From contig CAWDHQ010000001.1 of NCBI GenBank assembly GCA_963802215.1, forward strand, positions 2,216,022 through 2,280,021: a DNA stretch of 64,000 bases, written 5' to 3'. Each line of letters opens with the position of its first letter. Positions within the stretch are counted from its first letter, which is position 1. The notes under the pieces are model-generated. The model saw only the letters and a list, made by a program, of their open reading frames with translations. It ran no database searches and was not told where the DNA came from. Made by a program: the position numbers and the translations under genes. Source of the stretch: an uncultured Gammaproteobacteria bacterium. GTDB taxonomy: Bacteria > Pseudomonadota > Gammaproteobacteria > Steroidobacterales > GCA-2729495. Below, one piece after another: positions 27,393 to 36,014 of this stretch.

Positions 27393-28163
27393 ATGTGCCT
27401 CGTTGCCGTTGCCTGGCAGGCCCATCCCCGATACCCGCTCATCCTGCTGGGCAACCGGGACGAGTTTCATCAGCGGCCCACGGTCCCCGCCGGGTGGTGG
27501 CCCGAGGCGGACCACGTGTTCGGGGGCCGGGACCTGCAGGCTGGCGGCAGCTGGCTCGGCGTCACCCGGCACGGCCGCGTGGCCGTGGTGACGAACAATC
27601 CGCTTCGCCCCCCCGGCGTCAACCACACCCGCAGCCGGGGTGCGCTGGTGCGCGCATGGCTTACGGGCGACAGCGCTTCAGGCGCTTTCCTGGACACCGT
27701 CGAGAACGACGTGGGGCACTACGCCGGGTTCAGCCTGCTGGTGGGCACGCTGGGTGCCGGGCTCGACGGTTTCGTCACGCCGGCAGGCAGCCTGGGCCCG
27801 CGCTGGCGCCTGCCCACCGGCGTCACGGTGCTGTCGAACTCGCCCCGGGAAACGCCCTGGCCAAAGGTCGGCTGGCTGCAGAAGGCGCTGGACAACTACC
27901 TTCGGCGGCCGATGCCCGCAACCGGGCCCGATGCCGAAGAACTGCTGTCCCTGGTTGGGCGACGCATGCCCGTGGCGGAACCCGAGGCCGACACGCCCGT
28001 CGCACGGGCCCGGGTGACGCCCTTCGTCACGGGTACCGACTACGGAACGCGGGCCGCGACCCTGATACTGGCCGATGACGACGGCGGGTGGCGCTGCATC
28101 GAGCGGCGCTTCGGGCCTGGGGGCATGCCAGCCGGCGAATCCCAGGCGCGCCACTCCCCGTAG
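27393..28163 (+). CDS. NRDE family protein (TANGO2/DUF833-like)
   Basis: MCLVAVAW...PLILLGNRDEF N-terminus is diagnostic of the NRDE family. Confidence 0.8.
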   Translation: MCLVAVAWQAHPRYPLILLGNRDEFHQRPTVPAGWWPEADHVFGGRDLQAGGSWLGVTRHGRVAVVTNNPLRPPGVNHTRSRGALVRAWLTGDSASGAFLDTVENDVGHYAGFSLLVGTLGAGLDGFVTPAGSLGPRWRLPTGVTVLSNSPRETPWPKVGWLQKALDNYLRRPMPATGPDAEELLSLVGRRMPVAEPEADTPVARARVTPFVTGTDYGTRAATLILADDDGGWRCIERRFGPGGMPAGESQARHSP

Positions 28164-28172
28164 GAGCGCCTA
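28160..28172. repeat. degenerate REP remnant GTAGGAGCGCCTA
   Basis: Near-palindrome TAGGAGCGCCTA supplies the TAG stops of convergent genes 27393..28163 and 28170..28739. Confidence 0.55.
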
Positions 28173-28739
28173 TGTACGGCGAATGGCTTCCGCGACGGCG
28201 GCCTGGGCCGCCGCCAACTGCTCCCGGTTGAGTCGCCGCGCCACGCCCTCCAGGTTCTGCTGGGCTGACGGATGGCCCTGCAGCGCGGCCAGTGTCCACC
28301 ACCGGTAGACCTCTGCCAGGGGCGGTTCGCCGGCAACCCCGTTGTAGAGAAGCGCGCCCAGGTTGAACTGGGCCTTGGGGTGGCCCTGTTCAGCCGCAGT
28401 CCGGAAGCACTGAAGGGCCGCGGTGTCGTTCCGGGGCACGCCCGTGCCGTTCAGGTGCATCAGTCCCAGGTTGACCCGGGCGTCCGCATTGCCCTGGTCC
28501 GCGGCGCGCCGGTACCACTCCGCCGCCTCGGCCTCGTTGCGCGGGACGCCGTCGCCGGAATCGCACATCAGCCCCAGGTGCAGCTGGGCCTCGGCGTGTC
28601 CCTGGTCAGCGGCCAGGCGGTACCAGCGGGCCGCCTCGGCCGGGTTCCGGCCCTCGCCTTCGACGTTGTCGTGATGAAGGCCCAGCTCGTACTGGGCCTG
28701 GGCATCGCCGGCGGCGGCAGCGTTCAGCAGCTCTTCCAT
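28170..28739 (-). CDS. Sel1-repeat (TPR-like) protein
   Basis: Five tandem about 36-aa repeats of the form A..WYR.AA.QG...AQ..LG. Confidence 0.85.
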   Translation of the reverse strand: MEELLNAAAAGDAQAQYELGLHHDNVEGEGRNPAEAARWYRLAADQGHAEAQLHLGLMCDSGDGVPRNEAEAAEWYRRAADQGNADARVNLGLMHLNGTGVPRNDTAALQCFRTAAEQGHPKAQFNLGALLYNGVAGEPPLAEVYRWWTLAALQGHPSAQQNLEGVARRLNREQLAAAQAAVAEAIRRT

Positions 28740-28747
28740 GTCCGCAT

Positions 28748-28805
28748 TGTAGGAGCGGCTTCAGCCGCGACCAACCAGCGGGTCGCGGCTGAAGCCGCTC
28801 CTACA
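28748..28805. repeat. REP-like hairpin, variant core (TGTAGGAGCGGCTTCAGCCGCGACC ... GGTCGCGGCTGAAGCCGCTCCTACA)
   Basis: 25-nt inverted arms with an 8-nt loop, between the divergent Sel1 gene and argR. Confidence 0.85.
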
Positions 28806-28820
28806 GCGTGAACTCCGGGC

Positions 28821-28848
28821 TTGACAGCCGGACCGATCTGGATAGTAT
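28821..28848 (+). promoter_or_regulatory. sigma70-type promoter for argR (TTGACA-16 nt-TAGTAT)
   Basis: Consensus -35 TTGACA at 28821-28826 and -10 TAGTAT at 28843-28848, directly upstream of the argR coding frame. Confidence 0.55.
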
Positions 28849-28868
28849 GCGCATCCCTTCTGGCTTAT

Positions 28869-29342
28869 GTGCATGGAGAGAGCGTGCCCATCTCGGCCGA
28901 ACAACGGGAGCAGCGGCAGCAGGCGATCCTCAAGATCCTGCGCCGCCAGCACGTCACGCGGCAGGAGGAACTGGTCGAGCTGCTCCGGAAGCGGGGCATC
29001 GAGGCCACCCAGTCGAGCATCAGCCGTGACCTGCGCCAGCTGGGGATCACCAAGCTGGACCAGGAGTACCGGCCGGTGGCGGCGGACGGGGCCGATGACA
29101 CCAGCCACGACCTGGCCATGCTGGCGGAGTTCGTCGAAGAGACCCGCACGGCGGGCCCCTACCAGACGGTCGTGAAGACCGTGACGGGGGCGGCGGGGCA
29201 GGTGGCGCTGGCGCTGGACCGCTGCGGCTGGCCGGAGATCGTGGGCACGGTCTCGGGGGACGACACCATTTTTATCGCCACCCGCACCGGTGGCGATCAG
29301 AAGCGGCTCGTGGCAAAGCTGCGGGCGAGGCTTGGAGAGTAG
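28869..29342 (+). CDS. argR: arginine repressor
   Basis: Winged-helix N-terminus QEELVELLRKRGIEATQSSISRDLRQLG and C-terminal oligomerisation domain GTVSGDDTIFI. Start is GTG 28869 or GTG 28884, because the earlier part of the ORF is the promoter. Confidence 0.85.
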   Translation: MHGESVPISAEQREQRQQAILKILRRQHVTRQEELVELLRKRGIEATQSSISRDLRQLGITKLDQEYRPVAADGADDTSHDLAMLAEFVEETRTAGPYQTVVKTVTGAAGQVALALDRCGWPEIVGTVSGDDTIFIATRTGGDQKRLVAKLRARLGE

Positions 29343-29393
29343 GAGCGCCTTCAGGCGCGACCGATACCTGATCGCGCCTGAAGGCGCTCCTAC
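29339..29393. repeat. REP-like hairpin after argR
   Basis: GTAGGAGCGCCTTCAGGCGCGA-ccgatacctga-TCGCGCCTGAAGGCGCTCCTAC. The argR TAG stop (29340-29342) is inside the left arm. Confidence 0.88.
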
Positions 29394-29419
29394 AGGGCGA
29401 AATCTGACAGAGAGCTGAT

Positions 29420-30664
29420 ATGACCACCGACACCACGATCCAGAAGAAGAACGTCTCACCGATCATCCTCGGGTTCTCGGGGGGGCTCGACACGTCCTTC
29501 TGCGTGCCCTGGATGAAGGAACACTACGGCCGGCCGGTCGTCACCGTGACCATCAACACGGGCGGCATCGACGCCGAGGCCGCGAAGGACCTGGAGCGGC
29601 GCTCCGTCGCCCTCGGCGCCATCGAGCACGTGCTCGTGGAGGCCCGGTCCGTGTTCTTCGACCGGGTGCTCAGGTACCTGATCTTCGGCAACGTGCGCCG
29701 GGGGCATCTCTATCCGCTGTGCGTCGGTGCGGAGCGGGGCATCCAGGCCACGCTGCTGGCGGAACTGGCAAAGAAGCGCGGCAGCCAGACCGTCGCCCAC
29801 GGCTGCACGGCCGCCGGCAACGACCAGGTGCGTTTCGAGGTGGCCCTGCGCACCATCGCGCCGGGGCTGGAAGTACTCGCACCGGTCCGGGACCAGGGCT
29901 TCATCCGCACCGAGCAGCAGAAGTACCTGGAACAGCACGGGTTCCCCGTTCCCGTGAAGGGCTCCGCCTACTCTGTAAATCGGGGCCTGTGGGGCGTCAC
30001 CGTGGGCGGCCGGGAAACCCTGGACTCGAAGGAGTCCATCCCGGAAGACGCCTGGGTGCTCTCGCCCAACGCCTTCGACAAGCCGAAGCCCGCGGCCCGG
30101 CACACCATCAGCTTCACGCAGGGCATTCCAACCGCCCTGGACGGCAAGGCCATGGATCCGGTCACCCTGATCGAGACCCTGGAGACCGTCGCCGGGCCCT
30201 ATGGCATTGGCCGCGGCATCCACGTGGGCGACACCGTGCTCGGCACCAAGGGCCGGGTGGCCTTCGAGGCCCCCGCCGCCGACATCCTGCTGACCGCGCA
30301 CCGGGAGCTGGAAAAGCTGGTCCTGTCCGGGCCCCAGCAGCGCATCAAGGACCAGGTGGCCACCCAGTACGGCGACTTCGTGCACGAGGGCAAGCAGCTC
30401 GACCCGGTGTGCCGGGACATCGAGGCCCTGCTCGCCTCGGCCCAGCAGCGGGTCACCGGGGACGTGAAGATCGTGCTCCGGCCCGGCAACCTGTTCATCG
30501 AGGGCGTGGTCTCGCCCCACTCGCTGCTGGCCGCCACCAAGGGCGTCTACGGCGAGAAGGCCGGCGAATGGACCCCCGCCGACGCCCTGGGCTACTCGCG
30601 CATCCTCTCGCTGCCCGGGATCCTGCAGACACGAGCCGGCGGCAAGCAGTCAGGCAAGCCATGA
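29420..30664 (+). CDS. argG: argininosuccinate synthase
   Basis: 414 aa with FSGGLDTS ATP-binding motif, AHGCTAAGNDQVRFE, and conservation along the full length. Confidence 0.93.
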   Translation: MTTDTTIQKKNVSPIILGFSGGLDTSFCVPWMKEHYGRPVVTVTINTGGIDAEAAKDLERRSVALGAIEHVLVEARSVFFDRVLRYLIFGNVRRGHLYPLCVGAERGIQATLLAELAKKRGSQTVAHGCTAAGNDQVRFEVALRTIAPGLEVLAPVRDQGFIRTEQQKYLEQHGFPVPVKGSAYSVNRGLWGVTVGGRETLDSKESIPEDAWVLSPNAFDKPKPAARHTISFTQGIPTALDGKAMDPVTLIETLETVAGPYGIGRGIHVGDTVLGTKGRVAFEAPAADILLTAHRELEKLVLSGPQQRIKDQVATQYGDFVHEGKQLDPVCRDIEALLASAQQRVTGDVKIVLRPGNLFIEGVVSPHSLLAATKGVYGEKAGEWTPADALGYSRILSLPGILQTRAGGKQSGKP

Positions 30665-31734
30665 AAACCGTCATTGCGGACAAGATCGCGTCCATCGCCC
30701 AGAACCTGAACCTCAAGCGGGAGCTGCGGGTGAGCGCGGACATCCCCTGCGAGGAAGGCGTGCTGATTGCCGCCGAGGTGCTCAACAACAAGAACACCTA
30801 CAACCAGCTGGAGCTCACCAGCGGCCGGATGGCCGTGGTCAAGAAGGGCGACATCGTCGTCGGCGCGCTCGGGCACCGGAAAGCCCTGTTCGGCTACTCC
30901 GGACACATCCCGGAGAAGCTCGCGGTTGGCGACACCCTGCAGCTGCTGAACATGGGTGGCGTCATCGGCGTGTGCGATTCCATCAATGCCAGCTTCGGCC
31001 AGCCCTTCGATGCCCGGGTACTCGGCGCGGTGCTCGACTTTCCGTATCTTGGCGAGCGCATTGGCGTCCCGGCACGGATCGGCATGCAGAAGCTGGCGAC
31101 CGAGCCCGTGCTGGATACCCGGGGCGTGCCAGTGGTGGCCATCGCCGGCACCTGCATGAACTCCGGCAAGACGGCAGCCGCCTGCGCCATCGTGAGCCGG
31201 CTCCGGCACCACGGGCACACGGTGGATGCCTTCAAGGCCACCGGCGTGTCCCTGCGTCGGGACATCCTGGCCATGGAGGACGCGGGCGCCCGCAACACGC
31301 TGATCTTCACGGATTTTGGCGTGGCCTGCACCACGGGACTGAATGGCCCCGCGGTGACGCGCACCATGCTCACGCGGCTCGCCGCCAGCAAGCCGGACGT
31401 GATCGTCTTCGAGCTGGGCGACGGCATCCTGGGCGCCTACGGCGTGGAGGCGATCCTCCGGGACGCGGGGATCCGTGACGCGCTCACCTGCCTGGTCCTG
31501 TGCGCCAATGACCCCGTCGCGGCCTGGGGCGGCGTGAAGCTGCTGCGCGAGGATTTCGGCATCGAGCCGGCGATCGTCACCGGTCCCGCCACGGACAACG
31601 ACGTGGGCAAGGACATCATCGTCCAGCGCATGGGCGTGAAGGCGATCAACGCCGTCACCGAATCCATGCAGCTGGGCGACGCGGTGACCACCCAGGTGGG
31701 CCTGAAGCTCTCCCAGCCGGACGCTTCGTCCTGA
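30661..31734 (+). CDS. P-loop (GTxxxxGKT) protein of unknown function embedded in the arg operon, BioD/CobQ/DUF1611-like
   Basis: 357 aa, ATG overlapping the argG stop (ATGA). The motif VVAIAGTCMNSGKTAAACAIV, followed by ATG...TDF and FELGDG, resembles the DUF1611 pattern GTDCAVGKRTT...ATGQTG...DF...EGQG (comparison from memory). Confidence 0.6.
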   Translation: MKTVIADKIASIAQNLNLKRELRVSADIPCEEGVLIAAEVLNNKNTYNQLELTSGRMAVVKKGDIVVGALGHRKALFGYSGHIPEKLAVGDTLQLLNMGGVIGVCDSINASFGQPFDARVLGAVLDFPYLGERIGVPARIGMQKLATEPVLDTRGVPVVAIAGTCMNSGKTAAACAIVSRLRHHGHTVDAFKATGVSLRRDILAMEDAGARNTLIFTDFGVACTTGLNGPAVTRTMLTRLAASKPDVIVFELGDGILGAYGVEAILRDAGIRDALTCLVLCANDPVAAWGGVKLLREDFGIEPAIVTGPATDNDVGKDIIVQRMGVKAINAVTESMQLGDAVTTQVGLKLSQPDASS

Positions 31735-31738
31735 GGGG

Positions 31739-32812
31739 ATGACTGGCATGAGCAACCGGACTCCGGCCCTGATCATCGGCGGCACAGGTTACGTGGCCGG
31801 CGAACTGCTGCGCCTCGTGGGCCAGCACCCCGACCTGACGCTGGCCGGTGTTTCGTCGGAGAGCCAGGCCGGCACGGCGGTGAGCGCGGCCTTTCCGCAC
31901 CTTGCTCCCGTGGTGAGGGACCTGCCCTTCGTCACCCAGGCGGAACTGGCGGCGCGGATCACGGCCCCCCGGGTCGCGCTGTTCTCGGCCGCTCCCCACG
32001 TGGTGAGCGCCGGCGTCGTGGCCAGCATGCTGGAGGCGGCTGGCTCCAGCGGCAGCAATCTTTCCGTCGTGGACGCGTCATCGGACTTCCGCTTCCGGAA
32101 CGCGGCGGACTTCGAGGCCGTGTACAAGCAGCCCCACGGCGCACCCGGGCTGCTGCCGCAGTTCACCTGCGCGCTGCCGGAGCATGTGGCCGGCATTCCC
32201 GGCCCTCACGTCGGGCACCCGGGGTGCTTCGCCACGTCGATGCTGGCCGGCCTCGTGCCGCTGCTGAAGCCGGGCCTGGCCGACGGCCCTGTTTATGCAT
32301 CGGGCGTCACCGGCAGCACCGGTGCGGGCCGGACTCCCATCGCCACCACCCACCACCCGGAGCGGCACTCCAACCTGTTCGCCTACAACCCGCTGAGGCA
32401 CCGCCACGCGCCGGAAGTGGTGCAGATCTGCCGGGAACTGACGGGCGTGGCGCCGGACCTGCATTTCGTGCCCCACTCCGGACCCTTCGCCCGCGGGATC
32501 CACATGACGCTGCAGGGGCGCCTCGACCGGCCGCAGACCAGCGACCAGTTGCGCGAGGTCTTCGCGCAGTTCTATGCCGGCCAGGAGTTCGTGCGTGTGG
32601 TGGATGGCGCGCCACGGGTGAAGGACGTTGCCGGCAGCAACTACTGCCACATCGGCGCGGCAACGTCGGGCAATGGCCAGACCTTCGTCGTGCTGGTGGC
32701 CATCGACAACCTGGTCAAGGGCGCGGCGGGCGGCGCCGTGCAATGGATGAACCGGTTGCTGGGCCTGCCGGAGTCCGCCGGGCTCACAGCACCGGCGCCC
32801 GGCTGGATCTAG
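31739..32812 (+). CDS. argC: N-acetyl-gamma-glutamyl-phosphate reductase
   Basis: IIGGTGYVAGELLRL NAD fold, catalytic Cys in HPGCFATS, and DNLVKGAAGGAVQ near the C-terminus. Confidence 0.9.
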   Translation: MTGMSNRTPALIIGGTGYVAGELLRLVGQHPDLTLAGVSSESQAGTAVSAAFPHLAPVVRDLPFVTQAELAARITAPRVALFSAAPHVVSAGVVASMLEAAGSSGSNLSVVDASSDFRFRNAADFEAVYKQPHGAPGLLPQFTCALPEHVAGIPGPHVGHPGCFATSMLAGLVPLLKPGLADGPVYASGVTGSTGAGRTPIATTHHPERHSNLFAYNPLRHRHAPEVVQICRELTGVAPDLHFVPHSGPFARGIHMTLQGRLDRPQTSDQLREVFAQFYAGQEFVRVVDGAPRVKDVAGSNYCHIGAATSGNGQTFVVLVAIDNLVKGAAGGAVQWMNRLLGLPESAGLTAPAPGWI

Positions 32813-32814
32813 GA

Positions 32815-33978
32815 ATGCCGATGGCAACGACTTCCCAGAACGCCGAGGCACGGCACCTCCTGCAGGTCTACGGCCAGCTGCCGCTGGAAACCACGTCCGC
32901 CGAGGGCGTGTACCTGCACGCCGGCAAGCGGCGGATCATCGACTTCTACGGCGGTCACGCCGTGGCGGCGCTGGGGTACGCACATCCCGACCTGCTGGCA
33001 GCCCTGGAGACCCAGGCAAGGACCATGTACTTCCAGAGCAACGCCGTGGCGCTCCAGGTACGGGCGAAGGCGGGCGATGCGCTGGCCGGCATCGCCCCGG
33101 AAGGACTCAACCGCGTCTTCTTCGTGAACAGCGGCGCCGAGGCCAACGAGAACGCCCTGCGCGTGGCCTGCCGGGCGACGGGCCGCTCGCGGGTGCTGGC
33201 GCTCGAGCACGGCTTCCACGGCCGGACCGCTGCCGCCTCTGCCGTCACCTGGGGGGCCGCGAAGAGCTGGTACGGCTTCCCCCGCACCCCGTTCGACGTG
33301 GAGTTCATGCCGCGGGACGACGCGGCCCGGGCGCGGGAAATGATCAACGGCGATACCGCGGCGGTGATCATCGAGCTCGTGCAGGGCCTCGCCGGTGCCT
33401 ACGACCTGGACCCGGGCTTCGTGCAGGCGGTCGCCGAAGCCTGCCACAGGACCGGCGCACTGCTGATCGTGGATGAGGTGCAGAGTGGCGTCGGCCGGAC
33501 CGGCGCCCCCTTCGCCGCAAACCTCTACGACGTTAAGCCAGACATGCTGACCACCGCGAAAGCCCTGGGCGGTGGCTTCCCCTGCAGCGCGCTCCTGATG
33601 ACCGAGGCTCTGGCGCACACCCTGAAGTCCGGGGACCTGGGCACCACATTTGGTGGAGGCCCAATGGCCTGCGCCCTGGTGAGCACCGTCATCGAGGTGA
33701 TCCGGCGGGACCGGCTCATGGACAACGTGCGCACGCTGTCCGATGAGATCCGCAAGCACGCGGTCACCGGGCCGGTGCAGGCGATCCAGGGCAGGGGCTT
33801 CCTCCTGGGACTTCGCTGCCGGCGCCCGGCCAGGGACATCCAGGCGGCGTTGCTGGACCGGGACATCCTGGTCGGCACGAGTTCGGATCCGCAGATCGTG
33901 CGGCTCCTGCCGCCGCTCACCCTGGAGAAGCAGCACGTGGCTAAACTGGTCAGCGCACTGTGTGATATCGGCCCATAA
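32815..33978 (+). CDS. argD: acetylornithine (acyl-ornithine) aminotransferase, class III PLP
   Basis: Inner start MPMATTSQNAEARHLLQVYG of track ORF 32224..33978. Has GFHGRT, DEVQSGVGRTG and the PLP lysine context TTAKALGGG. Confidence 0.88.
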   Translation: MPMATTSQNAEARHLLQVYGQLPLETTSAEGVYLHAGKRRIIDFYGGHAVAALGYAHPDLLAALETQARTMYFQSNAVALQVRAKAGDALAGIAPEGLNRVFFVNSGAEANENALRVACRATGRSRVLALEHGFHGRTAAASAVTWGAAKSWYGFPRTPFDVEFMPRDDAARAREMINGDTAAVIIELVQGLAGAYDLDPGFVQAVAEACHRTGALLIVDEVQSGVGRTGAPFAANLYDVKPDMLTTAKALGGGFPCSALLMTEALAHTLKSGDLGTTFGGGPMACALVSTVIEVIRRDRLMDNVRTLSDEIRKHAVTGPVQAIQGRGFLLGLRCRRPARDIQAALLDRDILVGTSSDPQIVRLLPPLTLEKQHVAKLVSALCDIGP

Positions 33979-33987
33979 GGAACCTGC

Positions 33988-35001
33988 ATGGCACTCAAGC
34001 TTTTCAACGACCTCGCGGACTTCAGCATTCCGGAAGTGGAAGCCCTGCTGAAGCTGGCCCGCCGGCTGCAGACGAACCCCGAGCCCCGGGCCCTGGAGGG
34101 CAAGGTGCTCGCGATGCTGTTCCTGAGCCCGTCACTGCGCACGCTGTCGTCCTTCCAGGCGGCGATGGTGCGGCTCGGCGGCGGCTCCTTCGTGATCTCG
34201 CCGGACATGTCCATCCACGGCCTGGAGACCCGCTCGGGCATCGTGATGGACGGCGTGGCCGCGGAGCACCTGCGGGAGGCGATCCCCGTGATCAGCTCCT
34301 ACGGTGACGCACTGGGAATCCGGGCCTTCGCCAACCGGGTGAACCTGGCCACCGACCTGGCCGACACGGAGTTCCTGGCCATGCGCGAGCTGGTGAAGGT
34401 ACCGCTCATCAACATGGAGTCGGCGATCCAGCACCCGTGCCAGAGCCTGGCGGACTGGAAGACGATGGACGAGCTGAACGTCCCGAAGAAGGGCGGCAAG
34501 TTCGTCCTGTCCTGGTCCTGGCACCCGAAGGCCCTGCCCCTGGCCGTGCCGTCTGCCACGCTGCATATGGCGGCCATGCGCGGCATGGACGTCACCGTCG
34601 TCCGGCCCGACGGCTTCGAACTGCCGCCCGCGATCATGGACAAGGCCCGCAAGGCTGCGACGCTGTCGGGCGGCTCGGTGCGCGAAACCAACGACCGGGC
34701 AGAGGCCTACCAGGACGCCCACATCATCTACGCGAAAGAGTGGTCCTCCACGCGGCACTATGGCGACCGGGTCGCCGACCAGAAGCTGCGGGAGCAGCTC
34801 CAGGACTGGATAGTGGACGAGCCGTCGTTCGCGAAGGCGCAGCCGTCGGCCCGCTTCATGCACTGCCTGCCCGTGCGACGCGGCGTGGCCGTGACGGACC
34901 GCATTCTCGACGGACCGCGCAGCGTGGTGATCCACGAGGCGCAGAACAGGATGTGGGGCCAGATGGCCGTGGTCTACCAGATGATGGGCCCCGGGGCTTA
35001 A
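33988..35001 (+). CDS. argF': N-acetylornithine carbamoyltransferase-like transcarbamylase (AOTCase/SOTCase family)
   Basis: Collinear with Xanthomonas AOTCase: SPSLRT, PLINMESAIQHPCQSLAD, HCLPVRRGV. The loop HGLETRSGIVMDG aligns a Glu with the acetyl-specific Glu of WPIEFNLGTVMDG (alignment from memory). Confidence 0.8.
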   Translation: MALKLFNDLADFSIPEVEALLKLARRLQTNPEPRALEGKVLAMLFLSPSLRTLSSFQAAMVRLGGGSFVISPDMSIHGLETRSGIVMDGVAAEHLREAIPVISSYGDALGIRAFANRVNLATDLADTEFLAMRELVKVPLINMESAIQHPCQSLADWKTMDELNVPKKGGKFVLSWSWHPKALPLAVPSATLHMAAMRGMDVTVVRPDGFELPPAIMDKARKAATLSGGSVRETNDRAEAYQDAHIIYAKEWSSTRHYGDRVADQKLREQLQDWIVDEPSFAKAQPSARFMHCLPVRRGVAVTDRILDGPRSVVIHEAQNRMWGQMAVVYQMMGPGA

Positions 35002-35003
35002 GA

Positions 35004-35057
35004 GTAGGAGCGCCTTCAGGCGCGAACGGGGCAGGTCGCGCCTGAAGGCGCTCCTAC
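35004..35057. repeat. REP-like hairpin between argF' and argB
   Basis: GTAGGAGCGCCTTCAGGCGCGA-acggggcagg-TCGCGCCTGAAGGCGCTCCTAC, starting 2 nt after the argF' TAA. Confidence 0.88.
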
Positions 35058-35071
35058 AAAGGAACAGCAGT

Positions 35072-36004
35072 ATGAAGAGTCATGAACGGGATGTGGTCGT
35101 CTCCGCGCTCAAACACGCGGCTCCCTACATCCGCCTCTACAAGAAGAAGATCTTCGTCCTCAAGGCGGGCGGCGAGGTCTTCACGTCGGACGAGGCCACC
35201 AGGCACCTGCTGGAGCAGGTCGCGCTGTTGCACCAGGTTGGCATCCGGGTCGTGCTGGTGCACGGCGGCGGGCCCCAGTCCACGGAGCTGGCCAACGCCC
35301 TGGGCGTACCGACGCAGATGGTCGGGGGCCGCCGGGTCACCGACAAGCAGACGCTCGACGTCACCACGATGGTGCTCAATGGCACGGTGAACACGCGGAT
35401 CCTGGCGGCCTGCCGGGACCTGCACCTGCCGGCCGTCGGGATCAGCGGCGTGGACGCGGGCCTCATCAAGGCCCACAAGCGCCCGCCGGTCCAGGTGGAG
35501 GGCCACGCGGGCGGTCCGGTGGACTTCGGCTTCGTCGGCGACATCGACAGCGTGGACACCGACGTGGTGCGCGCCCAGCTCGAGAACGGGATGGTTCCCA
35601 TTGTCAGCCCCCTGTCGGCCGACGAGAACGGCACGGTGCTCAACATCAATGCCGACACCGTGGCCGCGGCGCTGGCCACGTCGCTGCGCGCCTCCAAGCT
35701 CATCCTCACGATGGGCGCACCCGGCATCCTGGAGGACCGGCACGACCTGTCGTCGCTGGTGTCCTACCTGGACCTGGAGGACCTGCAGGAACTGCGCGCC
35801 AACGGCTCCCTGGCGGAGGGCATGCTGCCGAAGGCCCGGGCCATCGAGGCGGCGATCAAGGGCGGCGTGCCGCGCGTCCACCTGATCTCCTACAAGATCC
35901 CCGACAGCCTGCTGCTGGAGATCTTCACCAACGAGGGCACGGGCACGCTGGTCGTGGAGGACACGGACACGCTGACACCCGAAGAGCAGGAAGCCGGCGC
36001 CTGA
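35072..36004 (+). CDS. argB: acetylglutamate kinase
   Basis: 310 aa. Amino-acid kinase fold with VLKAGGE, VLVHGGGPQ and NINADTVAAALA. No fused GNAT/NAGS domain. Confidence 0.9.
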   Translation: MKSHERDVVVSALKHAAPYIRLYKKKIFVLKAGGEVFTSDEATRHLLEQVALLHQVGIRVVLVHGGGPQSTELANALGVPTQMVGGRRVTDKQTLDVTTMVLNGTVNTRILAACRDLHLPAVGISGVDAGLIKAHKRPPVQVEGHAGGPVDFGFVGDIDSVDTDVVRAQLENGMVPIVSPLSADENGTVLNINADTVAAALATSLRASKLILTMGAPGILEDRHDLSSLVSYLDLEDLQELRANGSLAEGMLPKARAIEAAIKGGVPRVHLISYKIPDSLLLEIFTNEGTGTLVVEDTDTLTPEEQEAGA

Positions 36005-36014
36005 GGGCCAAGTG

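Noticed and set aside
10145-35057. REP-like repeats as a CRISPR array.
   Set aside because: Copies are dispersed over 25 kb, occur as inverted pairs with irregular spacing, are strongly palindromic and lie between unrelated genes. No regular repeat-spacer periodicity or cas genes are present.
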